From Antedon mediterranea (taxonomy: Eukaryota; Animalia; Echinodermata): a DNA stretch of 64,000 bases. Positions within the stretch are counted from its first letter, which is position 1. Each line of letters starts with the position of its first letter. The stretch spans positions 5,332,001 to 5,396,000 of the forward strand of contig NC_092674.1 in assembly GCF_964355755.1 (NCBI RefSeq), given 5' to 3'. The notes below the pieces were generated by a model that had not been told where the DNA came from, did not search any database, and saw only the letters and a program-made list of their open reading frames with translations. The position numbers and the translations under genes are program-made. Positions 42,801-57,800 of the stretch are shown one piece after another.

Positions 42801-45800
42801 TCATTTTACCAGCCCGACGGATGAAAGTTTCAAGGCGTCCTTTATTCCCTCCGGTAACATTACCAGCCCAACAGGAGAGGCAATACGTCCAAACACTACA
42901 TATTACGGATCTATAGAACGAAAGTAACATCAAATCACAGGAGTTAAATTTATATAAAGTTCTCATACAATACATTCTGGGACTTAATTTTTTGCTGATG
43001 AAGTCTATATGGTCTCCCCAACTCAGTTTATCATTGAAAACAATTCCTAGATACTTGTACTGGTCAACAATTTCAATTTCTTTACCTTTGATAGTGATTG
43101 GTTGAAAATTAAATTTATGTTTAGTCCTAAAATCAATGATCATCTCTTTTGTTTTTGATGCATTTATTTGGAGATAATTATCGTCACAAAATTTAACAAA
43201 TCTTTGTATTTCGCTACGATAATTTTCATCATTGTTTGAAACTATGAGACCAATAGTACTAGTGTCATCAGCGAATTTAACAACGGGGCAAAGCTCATCA
43301 TTTAAAGATCTGTAATCCGCCGTATACAGTACAAGGAATATAATTTAGGTGCGTTGACAGTACCCTGAGGAACACCGGTGTCAGAGGTTACGATTTCTGA
43401 CTTAACACCATTAATATTAACAAGTGTGTATTTAAAAGTGTGTGTTACTGTTACATCTCATTACATGATTTGACTTTTTTTAAATTTTCATTTCAAAACA
43501 TACATACAGTACAGAAGATAGCATTACAGTAGCAGGAAAAAAAAATGATTTGAAAAAAAACCCATCAAATGTTGTAAATATAGTTTTACTGATAGTGATA
43601 CAGCAGTGGATTGGTCACTGACCTGTCTGAGAACTCATGAGTCGCGAATAATTAGCAACGGTCAGTTTAAGATGACCACTTCATTTCAATCTTAGTTCAA
43701 TGTTTGCAAATTAGCATTTTCAATTATCTAATGAATTAAAGTTATCTTCTGAGGTTCAGGTCATCTTGTGTTAAAAGAAGTCCTCTGTAAAAGAAAAAAT
43801 GAATTATTATAAATTGGCTTACACTTGTACAGTATCTGTGTACTGTATTGCGTTTAAAAAAAATGTGTAATATTGGATAGATACTGTATATAGTTAGTTT
43901 ATTTTTTTCTGGTACAGTACAGTAACTCTACTCCAAAGGGAAATAGAGAACCATAAGCTACTGTAGTAGTATTGTACATAATTAGTACTGTAGTACAGTA
44001 AACTATGTACAGTAGTCTGTTTAGATAAACTGTACTACTGTACAGGTTATACTGTATTTAAGATTGGTTACAAACAGTAGTAGGATTGTGTTAAAATATA
44101 CTGTAAAAAAGTCTTTTTTTTTAACTGGGGGACTGTGCAACATACTGTACTGTGTGTAGGTTCCTCAGTCCAAGTTGGGCATTATAACAAAGAATATAAA
44201 TAGGTAAAGAATCAACAGTACGCGCTGTTATACATAGAAGGATAGGAAACGCGGACGCTTATTCATGGACGCGTAAAAATCCAGCAGCCGAACGACGACG
44301 GGCTCTAGATATGGTTCCCGTCTAATCCCACGTTTCGATGGATCGTGATGATCTGATGTGTTCTCGCGTCTGTGCTCTACTAATTTTGATATTATTAATA
44401 TTTTGATAATCATTTTGATAAATAATCATCGTTTGCATTTTTATAGATATTTACAATAAAAGTTTTACCTTACCCACGCCTGAAGGTGGCGCACTTCTTC
44501 TAGCGAAAAAGAAATGCGCCACCCTCAGGCGTCAGCAAATACAGTAGTAACCTGGATGTGGTTTACACCGCCAACGGAACTGTTGTATCTTCTCCTTTTA
44601 TTATCTTTGATTATAACCATACTACATAAGACCACAGAGGCTTCATGGTTATAATACTGTCTATGGGTACTCATACAGGGTATTGCTAAACACCGCAAAC
44701 CCCCGCAAACCTCCAAAAAAACATAGCAAACCCCATCGAACCAACATGAAAGTGATTGAATCATGTAGTGTACAACCCACTGGGTATATCCATGTAAAAA
44801 AAAAATTAAATTTCTACTGTTAACAATTTATTTTTGGGGTAAAACATCATTTTTTGGTCAAAAATGATTGCTAAACCCCGCAAACCTCCAAAAAAATATA
44901 GCAAACCCCACCGAACCAACATAAAAGTGATTGAATCATGTAGTGTACAACCCACTGGGTATATCCATGTAAAAAAAATATTAAATTTCTACTGTTAACT
45001 ATTTATTTTTGGGGTAAAACATCATTTTTTGGTCAAAAATGATGGCTAATTTTTAACCAAAAAATGATGTGTTATCCGCAAAAAAGTAGTTAACAGTAGA
45101 AATTTAATATTTATATACCGAGTGGGTCGTACACTACATTATTCAATCACTTTAATGTTGGTTCGGTGGGGTTTGCTATGGTTTTTTGGAGGTTTGCGGG
45201 GTTTAACAATCATTTTTGACCAAAAAATGATGTTTTACCCTAAAAATAAGTTGTTAACAGGAGAAATTTAATTTTTTTTTTACATTGATATACCCAGTGG
45301 GTTGTACACTACATGATTCAATCACTTTTATGTCGGTTCGGTGGGGTTTGCTATGTTTTTTTGGAGGTTTGCGGGGGTTTGCGGTGTTTAGCAATACCCC
45401 TGATACATTAATTGCAGAATATACTGTAGAAGTCATTTTCAAATTGTGCAGTCACAGAGGAAGGTGTTTGTGTCATGTCACCATTTTAAAATTACATTAT
45501 TTCTGCTTCTTAAGTTGTTTGTTCATGCTCTTAACTTATTACCCTTAAATCTCATTAATAGCATTCACAACAATCAATTACAGATTAATACTTGGATAAT
45601 AATATTTGTTGCACTTTGTGAACACATCTTATACGCCTCAATGCATACAGCATTTGAATCAACTGATCACGCCCCATTACCAATAATCTTTTATTATTGC
45701 TCGTCAAATTACTGTACCACATTTTTTTTTAGAATCCAATGTAAATATAAATATAATAACCTTCAAATTTTACTGATCTGTTGTTTATAAAAATATAAGT

Positions 45801-48800
45801 CTAAATTCGCTGCTTATTTGTTTGTTATTTATTTGTTGAATACAGAAAAAGTTTACATACTGTAAAAGACAACAAAGCAGCTAGAATAGAATCATACTTT
45901 AGGAGCTATAGTTGTTGTTGACATCTAGGTAGTAAATAATTTACTTCTAGTATCTGTTCATACTGTGTAGTACTGCAGGAATGCAACATACTGAACATAT
46001 TCCTATCCTGATATTCAATATGTGATAACCTAAATTTATTAAAGCTATTTTAAGGTTGTGTTTACACTGTGATTCATTAGCTGTAATCAATCCACTACAA
46101 ACTGTTTATGTTACTCCACTTTCTATTGAGCGTTTCATGCACTTTGCCCTAATTTATTATTTGTATTCTGTCAGTTCATTGAGGAAATATAGAAGGGGAA
46201 TATAAAGTTTTATTTTCAATAGTTTTAAGTATGTTGTATTGCTTTGCCAATGTGTTATATTATTCATCGTTTCTATGTTTCATTATCGGTTTTCGTTTTG
46301 AACTTAATATGAAATATGTATCTTAATAGTTCAGTAATGTATGCAGTCACATTTGATAGTTATTAAATGAAAAGTCTTGATGCAAAATAATATAACAAGA
46401 AAACCCTGATAAAAGATCTTACTCTATGATGTATAATGTACAGTATAGTAAATGCCAACTCAGACAAAATTATGTTTATTATGGACCAATGATCCTGAAA
46501 TAACAGATTGAAAAATTGAATTGAATTACTCCATGGAATTATACCGGAATGGTGTCCGGCGGGGGATAGTTTATTACCATTAGTTAGGGTCTAATGTAAA
46601 GCACCTAGAGGGGTCAGTGATCCATTAGGCGCTATATAAATATTGTTTATTATTATTATTAATATTATTATTGGTACAAAAATTAATTACTGTACTTGAT
46701 TATTCAGTTTTGTAGTACTGTATGTATTTTCTACAGTTCAGTATTCTGCATTCCATTCCAATCTGGTGATTCATAAACTTAATATGTTGGTTTTTTGGTT
46801 ATAGACTTAATGACTTATAATATTCATACTGTAAAGCTCTGTCTGCACTATCAAACTTTATGTGACAAAAAAATGTGATATGCCCATATATGGACATGAT
46901 GTCATATCACTACTATACCATATTTGGACACATCACACATTTGTTGTTAAACTACTGTAGTTTGATAGTGTAGACAGAGCTTTATACGGTACAGTACAGT
47001 ATGTAAGTGCAATCCATAATATAGTTTGATATGAGTTTCTTCTCTTTCTAGATTTATCTAAAGCACAAAGAAGTTTCTCAGACACGCTGCTCAATTTTAA
47101 TTTTGAAACTATCGGCCAATCACAAACAGATGACGAGATTGACATTTGTAAGTCTTTTTTATACATTCAACGTAAAGTAAACATACTGTACTACTAATCA
47201 AGATATAAACTATGTCTACATAAGTTTTTAATTAAAGTAAAGCTCTCTCTACACTATCAAACTTTATAGTTGGGTTCATATCGAACTTAGGGCGAGATAA
47301 GTACTGATCTAGTTAAATTTTACGAGAGCGGTAATTCGATTAAATTCATTAAATTGCGTTCGACGGCTCATGTTAGGGCGAGATAACTTAAGCATCACAT
47401 GCTCTCGACCCCGCCGACACAAACAGAAAGTACCGTTGAACAGGTTAGGGCACTTTATTGTGGGCTATTCCTTGTGTGTATACGCACCCATTCTACCACC
47501 TTCTTCTTCTTTTCGAGTACTGCTTAACGATCCGTCGAAACAATGCTTCCTCAGTTATTATTATTATCGGGGTTTTTACCTATATTTTTACAAATGATTA
47601 ATGACGACACGACGTCTGAACTAGATGAAGGTACTGCTTTGCTGCTGTTTGCGTTAGTTGAGTTCATTTCCAGCTGCATGGAATCCCAGCGAATGATGCG
47701 ACAACAACGACGGCTCAGATACCTACGATATGCCGAGGAACAGCGCGAACTTGGGGAGATCATGTTTCTTTTACATACAAGCCTAGACGTAACATTTTTT
47801 GTCTTCGCTTTTACTTTTTCGGACATGATGAATGCGGTACAGATGTATTGAAATAAGTTTTAAAGTAGTAATATGACAGATCGTCGCTCTCGGTTAACAT
47901 GTGGTTCAGAAATAAAGCTAATTTGTTGATGTTTATATGTCAAAGTTGAAATTTGCTTTAATCTGATTGGTGTATTGGTGACCTCCAATTCTGAATGCCT
48001 CATGCTGTGTTAATTACCTTAATCGTTTTCTAGCTTTACCAGTGGATTTACTATTCCGTCGAGGCGATGGCCTTGACTGACCGTAGTCGAGGAAATTCCT
48101 TCATCTCGCCCTAATAATTCGTTCACATCGAAGTTATGGCGACATCATCTCGTTAATCTAGTAAATTTATCTCGCCCTAAGTTCGATATGAACGGGCCTT
48201 ATGTGACAACAAAATGTGATGTGCCCATATGGACATGATGATGTCATATTATCACTACCATATTTGGGTAAATCACTACCACATTTGGGAATATCACACT
48301 TTTTTTTTTCAAACTTGATAAGTTTGATAGTGTAGACATGGCTTAATACAGCAAATCTGGAAACTCACCAAAACATTTTTAACTTTTTAAGGCGCTTTGA
48401 GGCTACTGTGAATGTCGTCGATTAGTTGTAAAAAAAAAAGGCATAACTAAAGTGCACGCACAGACAATAGCCTATTATTATGGGATAACAGGTTATTTGA
48501 GTCAATAAAGAATAGGATTATGATACTAGTAGTAGAGTAATGGCGACACTTTTGTTTGGTGGATTTCTTGCTTACAGAAAAACTACTGTATTAGAAAGTT
48601 GAAGAATAACACTGATTTGATGCATGTTTAGTTAAAGTATTATAATAGTTAATACACTGTATTTTGCAGTACAATTTACAATGCAGTGTATCATCATTTT
48701 ACAGTAGATATTGTTAATATTTGTGAACCCACATTTAGGGATACGTTCGGGACCCAAACAAATGTGCCCCTCAATAGAGGCGTCCCTTGAATAGGGGTTA

Positions 48801-51800
48801 GCTACTGTACCGGTATATTGTTGAAACATTGATATACTCTATTGTTCCTTGTTTTATTAGAATGTGCCCCTATAAGCAGTAAGGGTTGGCTGTGTACAGT
48901 AGTAATATTATATTGTACAATATAACATTACCCTTCGATCATTCATACTGTACAGGAGGAAAGTGTCCCCATGGAAAGGGGTATTCTAAAGGAGGCGTAT
49001 TATCTTATCTCACTATTTCTCCTACAAAAATAATTTCCTACTATTTGATTTTTACAGCTCAATCTTTGAAAGAGTTTGGTCGTCTGATTGGATCAGTAGA
49101 AGATGTCAGAGATAATGTGGTAAGTTAATTGTAATTGTTGACTTCATTTTCACTATTTAAACTATATCATTGTTGTGTTCATTTCATTGTCCTATCATCA
49201 TTGTGCTTCATTTGTACAGTATAATAATTTATTCATCATTATTATCAACAACATTGTTTTTTGTATTATTTAAATCATGATCATAATCATCATTGTCATT
49301 AATATGATGATGATATTGTTCACAATTTGTCATTTATATATACAAAGACTTTCTTCAGTCTCTAAAGCTCTGTCTACACTATGAAACTTTATGTGACAAC
49401 AAAATGTTATCTGCCCATATTGTGATCTGCCCATATATGGACATGATGATGTCATATCACTTCCATATTTAAGCATATCACTACCATATTTGGGCATATC
49501 TTGATAGTTTAGCCATAACTTTACTGTATAATAAATATTTTTTTAATTCAATTACCCAGAATCCATGTTTGTTTATCCATGTTTGACAGTATAAAACATT
49601 TAATTTGAATTCTGAGTTTATTAAACCCATCTCACAATAAAGTAGTTCAAATTCTGACCTCATCAGTATTGCCTTGTATTGTAAATTGTTTACTGGCAAT
49701 TCTTGCAACGAATTAAGTAGTGTTAGCCCTTGATTTAGCTGAGGCTATACTAAATGGAACATTGCATTTAACTGTCATAGTTAATAATCAGCAGCATTTA
49801 ATCTTTCAAGTTGATTTGCTGGTGTGCAAAGGGTTTACAATGTCTTTTCTAAGGTATGACCTATGTCTAGTGTCTGGAGTCTATATCGTGCCTAGCTTAC
49901 CTGTATAAACCGACAATAGCCCGTGCTCTCCAGAAGGAGGGCTTTAGATACGAAAGTGAAAAGTTCCTAAACACCCCTGCATTATAATTGACCAGTCCGC
50001 AACCACGCCCTAATGTGGGAACGTACCATCGTCATCATTTTCTTTCGTAACATTACTGGTTTGTGTAATATTGTACAGTATTACAGTACAGTACTATGGC
50101 ATCACTCAATTTCAAACAACATTCTAAATTATTACTGTACATCAGTACACCATGTACAGTAAAGTAGTTCGGATATATAAATAAATGATTAAGTATTTAG
50201 TGTTAAGGTATGGTACTGTACAGCAACATTTAATTTAAGCGTTAAGATAAGAATTTCCCTAGTGTGAACAGACGTTATTAAAATATTATTTTGTCTGTCC
50301 TTTAAGTGACACTTACCACTTTTGTTAATTACTAAGCACATGCTTAGTGCAGTTCAGATAACTGTAAATCAAAATCTTTTATGCATGCAATTTGGACAAT
50401 TCATCATGAGGACAAAATTGCTATGCATTGATTGGATTAGTCTGGTCAGTTGGTATAGTGTTTATAGTATCTACCTGCAGATGGAAAAATATGCATAAAA
50501 TACTATCAGTATTAAGATATCTCAATGCTTGATATAATCTGGGGTAATGCTACAAAAATCTCCAGAGAATGAAAGAATTTAGGCCAAGTATTATTCAATT
50601 GGTATGTTGGTTAGTTTCATGTTTTGTACCTAAATAATATGGCAGAATCCTATAATTTTAAACATTACAGGTGCACATAGGAAGTACAGTTTAATCAGTA
50701 TTAATACTGTACACAGTATTAATTAGGGTGTGTGGTAACTGTACACTGTACAGTAGTAGGTGAAAATTAAGTTGTAGGAAAGAAGGTAAACTGTGTTACT
50801 CTAGATAAGTGATAAATTTAGTGTTCGATCTGGCATTTTGAAATATGGAATGGATGAAGGGACCAAACTTAACCTTGTGTCATATCTCTTGCATTATAAT
50901 TTGCAAAAGTTTGGTGAGGAGGGGGAAGGGTTTAAACTGGCTAGGCCTCAACCCCCTTGGTCACCTTCCACCTGCCTAGATTAACCATGATATTGACATT
51001 AAAGTAACTACTGTAGTATATAGTGTACAGTACTATAGACTGTGAAACTGTCTATTATTGAAGAAATTATAACATAACAGTATATATCCAAGGTTGTTAA
51101 TGCAAATTATTTGATCAAAACGATTCAGAATAGATTAATTAAAGATCCATATTCTTAGATTATGGTGATTCTTGGATTATCAGTTCTTCCATACGCTTTA
51201 CAGTAATAACATTAATTGCTTATGAATTATTAAAATTTTTTCTAAAAGAATTTTCTATAAATTATAATTTCAATATGTATCAAAATACTTTGAATAGGGC
51301 TGCTAGCCAAGATTCAACCAGACAACTTTCTGACTGGACACGCCCATTGACACCCCCATTGATCTTCTTATCACAAAAACAGTTATTTATTAGATTTCCA
51401 AATAAGATTAATCATATTTAAAAATATTGTACAGTACGTCTGATGAATGCCAAGATGTCATCAATGGTGAGCTCTTGACACCCCCCGATTTACCAGTACC
51501 AGTTTACTGTAAGTCACAGTCCAGCCTGCTCGGTGGAAATATATAATATTCTATAAGACCAGTTAAGATCGGATAATATGATTTAAATAGAAATTGTAGC
51601 TTTATTATTTATTATTAGTTTTATATATATATTTTTTTTCTCTTTTTCGTATTCGTATTTAATAATGTTATACTGTATCTTGGGGTGGGTCAAACTTAAA
51701 GTCTTTCTGACTTATATGACTCTCCCCCCACATGAATACTTCATTGCATTTATTATACTGTATGTATGTTATAATAATATTGTGGAAATAAAATTGATTT

Positions 51801-54800
51801 GAATATTAAAAGATGGGTTAAGGCTGGTTTCCTGTCGACGTAAGAAGTCGAATTTTGCAACGATTCTTGCGTTTCATACGTTTCTTACGTCTCTTACGAA
51901 AGTTGAGAAAAAATTGACGTCGTTGACGTTAGTCAAGATCGTGTCGGGCCGCAGAGAAACATCTGTAGTTATGCTGCTCCCGAAAGTTGAAATTTTGGCT
52001 GTAAAACACACGCTGTATGCTTACGTCGATTTTAGTGTTGTTACGAAAGTTGAAAATTTTTTTCTTACGTCGGTCGGATTTATGACGTATTTGAAACAAC
52101 ATCTCTGATTGGTGTTTCTTTTTAGAGCGGGTTTTATCATTTTTCGCGCAAAATGTTGAATGTTGTTATTGTAGCCTACCTGTCAGTGCAGCACACCAAC
52201 ATGTTATTTTCAGTAGATAAGCTAGGCTACGGTACCGTACTAATAGGAATTGATTTGACCAAATAATCAAACTAGCCTAGGCTAGAAGGCCTATGTATTA
52301 TTTGTATGAATCAAAATATGAATTAATTATCCTGGCCCTCTAGGCCTAGCCTTAAATAGTTTTCAAAATTAAAAAAAGGCAAATCATTTCGAGATTCCTA
52401 TTATTATTAGACCTACCTAGGCCCTAAACTAGGCATTGGCCTATTGGCATATCTAATCGAGCATGAGATAGTAGGCCTACTACCGCAGTAAGATACCCAT
52501 TATTTACAGGCCTATAATCTATATATAAATTTACGTAAGGGCAAAATTTGGTAAATCGCGCTTTACTTCTAGAATTTTTACTCGATGGTATATAAAGTTG
52601 GTTCGTACTTTCGGTACTGATTTTAACCACCTGATGTAACCCTGTTTACTAATTAAATTAAGTTAGATAATTAGTTATTGACGATTAAAACGAATTTAGG
52701 TTCAACGATTTGCCCCAAATAGGGGTGTTTTCCGATCGTGGTATACACTGTCTAATAATGGATGTCCATCTTGAAAAATACCCGCTACAAAAATGCGAGG
52801 AGGCTTCGCATTTTCCAATCTCCTCCTACGATAATTGTTTTTAATAGCTGAAAACCGGTTGAACAGCTAGAGTACAGCATCATAATGTTGAAGACAGGCC
52901 GATTTTCTTTAAAAAATACTATTTTGATTTAATATACGATTATACAAATGTATTGATTTGCGATGAATGGAACATCCCAATCTCATACAGTCTGCCAGAG
53001 TTTGGTTTAAAAAAAGTAGGTAAATTTATGAGCCCTTGGTTTAACACATACGGTAGGTAAATATATGGGCCCTTTGAGAATAAACTTGAACAATACTGTA
53101 AATACATAATTACCTATTTTTGGTCCTCATTTGAATCGAACATTTCTTACTGTGAATGTTCGTACTGTTAGATGTAATATAAAAATATATACAAATAAAC
53201 TTATTACTGAGATTGTGGATAGGCTCTACTGTTAGATATATAAACACATTATTATATACAAATAAACTATACTGACAGTTCCTTCTCAACGTTTGTATTA
53301 ATTAATAATTACCAAAAATATAAACGTCGTAGTGGTGTATCGTGACTATATTTCAATCGATTACGACAGTGACAGTTTTAACAAAGTATTAAATCGCAAA
53401 TGTTTTACTGTATTTAGAGGTATATTATTTATAGGCCTATAAAACATGAAAAAAATATTTCGTTACTGAGTGCATAAAGAATATATTTAAAAATTGTTCC
53501 TCTTTGCACCTACAGTATCCGCTTTCCCATCCCTCAACCCTAAAACTCCCTGATTAGAACATGATTAGGCTAAAATTATAGTAGTAAATACATACAAATG
53601 TTATTGTCCGGCTTTATTTCACTATAAGGACATACACATTACGTCATAACTCTTGTCGCTCATTGGTTGCTTGTTACGATTGCGCTTACGTCTCTTGCGA
53701 AAGTTGACTTCAAGTCAACTTTCGTAAGAGACGTAAGAAACGTGACGCAAGGGCGTTCATTCAAGCGTAAGATAAAAAATCCCGGTTTCCTGTAAAATCG
53801 GAAGAAAACGTCGTAACGCAACAATTGTTAGGTCATCGGTTTCCTGTAAAATCGTTTGTCGTTACCATTTTTCTTACGTTGCGTCGATTTTATAAATTTT
53901 CGATCGTAATCGGTTTCCTGTAAAATCCGCATTTCTTACGACAAATCGACGTAGTCGCAACAAAAGTGATGTTCTTACGTCGACAGGAAACCAGCCTTTA
54001 CAGTAGATCACCTACAGTGTATAGTACACTTAGTCTGCATACTGTACAGAGTAGCATCCATAATGAGTCATGGAGTATAGTTTGTAACTATACTTACTAC
54101 TAGTACTAGTACAATAGTTTAGTATGTAATCTTGCTGCTATGAACATGCACAAATTACTGTATACCATTACCAGTATAACTAAATACAGAAAGTTAAATA
54201 GTAAATGTTAAGTAGTGTAGTGTCATCATAGATATGAAGTACAGCAAGTGGGTGTTACAAGGTCACAGAATATGTAAATAAATCGTATTAGTTAAGTGTC
54301 CAATTGAGTAAATCTTGTTTTGTATTGTGTACAGTAATTGCAAACTATTCAAATATGATCATATTCTACAGTGTAATATTATTCTAACATTTTTAAATGT
54401 ATTGTACAGTAAATGGTAATAAAGTACAGTAATGTACCATCTTGAATAATCACCCAGACAGGCTATATTGGTCACTACTGCTGGGCAGGTCTACGCACTG
54501 TACTGTATTATTACAGTAAGGTATACTGTAGCTGCACTAGCCTGTAATGTTAATCATTGACAAAAAGATAGTTATTTCACTATTTGCGTTGCATAGATTA
54601 GTACATGTAACTATAATAAATGTCGATCTAGACCAAAACAGTACAAAAGAATGTGATGTGCCCATGGACATGATGATCTTTTATATTTACTTGGTGGTGA
54701 TACATGGCATTAAATCCTTCAGCCTGGTATTCAATAATCTCCGCTACATTGTATTGTTATACTTGTTATTATACCATATTTAATTATATTTCATATTGTA

Positions 54801-57800
54801 CTCTAATTGTTATCATTATCCCTTTTATCATTATATTATATAATTGCCTGGTTTATCTTAACTTCTATAATTTAAATTTTTTTGTTATTTTTGATTTTAT
54901 GTACTTTCACTATTACATATTTATATTTTAGTCTACTCTGTAGCAATGTTAGTATACTTATAGGCATACTGTACGGGGGTCACGACTTAAAGTTCAGTGA
55001 ACTTACTGTGACCTCCATCCACCCACATTTAATATATTTTATATTATATATAATATATATAAGTGAGTGGAAAAAATAAATAAACGAAAAACCATATCAC
55101 TACCATAATTGGACATTTCACTACCATATTTGGGCACATTTTTTTTGTAGACTGAGTTTAAGTTACACAAAAGAACTGGGCTATTGTGATCATGAGTAAT
55201 TGCCTAATATTAATATATTTTATAATATTAATTTTTTATTTACAGTTGGAGAATGCAAAAGACCAGCTTATCTCACCTCTTGAAGTTTTCCGAAAGGAAC
55301 AGATTGGAGGGGCAAAGGTAAATGTTATGAAACATAATATTTGACAATTAAGCAAATACTATACTGACTGTATTTATATAAACAGATGATACAATAGTTA
55401 GTCATACTGTAATAATATGTAATGATGCAATTATGTAACATTGGATACTACTACTACTACAACAGTAGTACTACTGTAACAATGAAACATATTTCACTAT
55501 TAGATGCTAAGTACTTAATTAGTATGCAAATTATGTAGTATGTATGCTCTGACGTGATCAGTGGATTCAGAGAAAGAAAAGTGAAAAGTTGTAGGAAGGA
55601 TGTTATTTTCACCTGAATATTTAGTTCATTTACTGTACATTTTGAATTACAGAACGTAGTTAATACTTTAATATTTAAATTTACATTTTGACATGATGAA
55701 TTATATAGTTAGTTTGTTAATATGAAAATAGTGATTTGTTTACTTAAACTGAATAGCGAACTGATTATTAGTAAATTACTTTCTGAAAACCGGAAACTCT
55801 CCTAATACCAGACTTTTCTTGAAGTCCAAACAGCCATTTTTACTATTCAAAATATATTTTGAATACCAGACTTTCCGGAAAACCAGACAAATTAGGCCAG
55901 CTTAAAAGTGTCCGATTTATTGGGAGAGTTGACTGTATACAAGTATATTGTACAGGATGAACCTAATGAAGACTAATTCTTAAATACGTATCATACGTTC
56001 TTAATATTAAAATTCATAAATTGTTTAAATCTTTATATCAGGATGGCAAGAAACAGTTTGATAGAGAAACAGACAAATTCTGCAAGTCACTTGATAACCA
56101 TATAAGCCTATCAACAAGGAAGAAGGACTGGCAATTACAGGAAGTATGTTGTATTAGACTCCTTATTCCGAAACCTACATAGTTGCGTAACCTAGTCTGC
56201 CCACTTAAAGGGCTCAACCAAGATCCTTTACCCAGCCTTGCCACAATAGCTTCTCAACCCAGCCCTGCCACTTAGCGACTCAACCCAGATCCGCAACTTT
56301 TATAGCTGCGCAACCTAGCCTGCCAACTTAGAGGCTCAACCCAGATCCGCAACCTATAGTACATAGTTGCTCAACCCAACCCTGCCACTTAGCAGCTCAA
56401 CCAAGATCCACAATCTATAATGTGCAACCCTGCTGCTTAACCCAGCAGCATAACGTGCTGTTTGAGCAGGCATTTTTCTATTCTAAATTTACATTTTTTG
56501 TAGCATAAAATTAAAATTGTTCAGGTTATGAATTAAAATTTACCCAATGGATGTTCTCTACTTTTGTGTATGTTTTACTGGTTTTTCCAAACATAATGAA
56601 AATGGGTATGAGGATCCCCTTCTTATTGGTACCGCATGGTTTTTGTTCGTGTCTAGTCATTATCGTATCTTATTAAGTTTATTGTACATACTCGGAAAAC
56701 CACAAACACATTGCACAATAGCTTTCTGTTACAAGCTTATGGTTTTAGTGTGAACTGCTAGGCTACTAATGTGGGACCAGGTTAACTTACACAATGTGGT
56801 CCTATGTCTTGTTCCTCCCACTGTAGGGTTACACACTGTTCCATTGTGTCATAGTTTCTTTAAATGAGTTTGTTTCTTGTTGAGTCAACTCTCAGAAAAC
56901 TAGAAAAAATCTCCAAACTACTGTAAATTGTCTTAAAGGTTTCAATGGTCCAACATTTGTTTTTCTATTCAAAATTAATATTCAAAAATTATTGTAAAAT
57001 GTTTACAATATTTAATAGTACATGTATACCAAGAGAAGAGAGTGCTTGTCAGTTTGGTAACCATGATTTAAATGCATTTAAAGGTATGGTACTGTACAAC
57101 ATTCAACACAAATAATGTAGAAAAAAAAAGGAAAAACATTGGTCGCCCACGACCGTTCATCTCCTCCGGTGGGACACTCCCCTGTGACGATACGGGGAAA
57201 AATGCTTGTACAAAGAAAATATAGTTGGTTAGTGTCGTTATTATGCAAATCTGGTTGTAAGTGCCACCCTTACCGTATCAATTTCACTTTTGATAAAGCT
57301 TAGTTCAAACAAACCAAAAACATTAGTATCATTATGACCAGTAACGGAACCATGTTATACTATTACTGCCTACAGGCTCATAATAGTTATACTTTTGTGG
57401 TCAATTCTATTTGTGAGGGTTGATCTTAAGCCTATAAATTATTATATACTACTGAAAAAGAATTTGACTTTGAAGAATTTTTGTTTGCATTTCCTCAAAA
57501 GTGCTCTAATTCTACTAAAATATGATTGTTATTAAAAGTAGCATAATAATAAACACAAAAATCATATTTTACTGAGTTGGAATTTGTGTACATGTTTACA
57601 ATGAGTTTGCATTGAAGATGTTTTATTATAAACAAACAATTGAGCTCATTGTGCTCATCAAGATACTGCTGAAATGAGATAATAAAACCAAGTATTAAAT
57701 AGGGCATACTGTATGGCTTAAGAGAGTATTCCTGGTCATGCTTGAATGAGTTTACTATATTATTTAAATATTCAACCAATTTGAAACAGGAAACTTTTCA

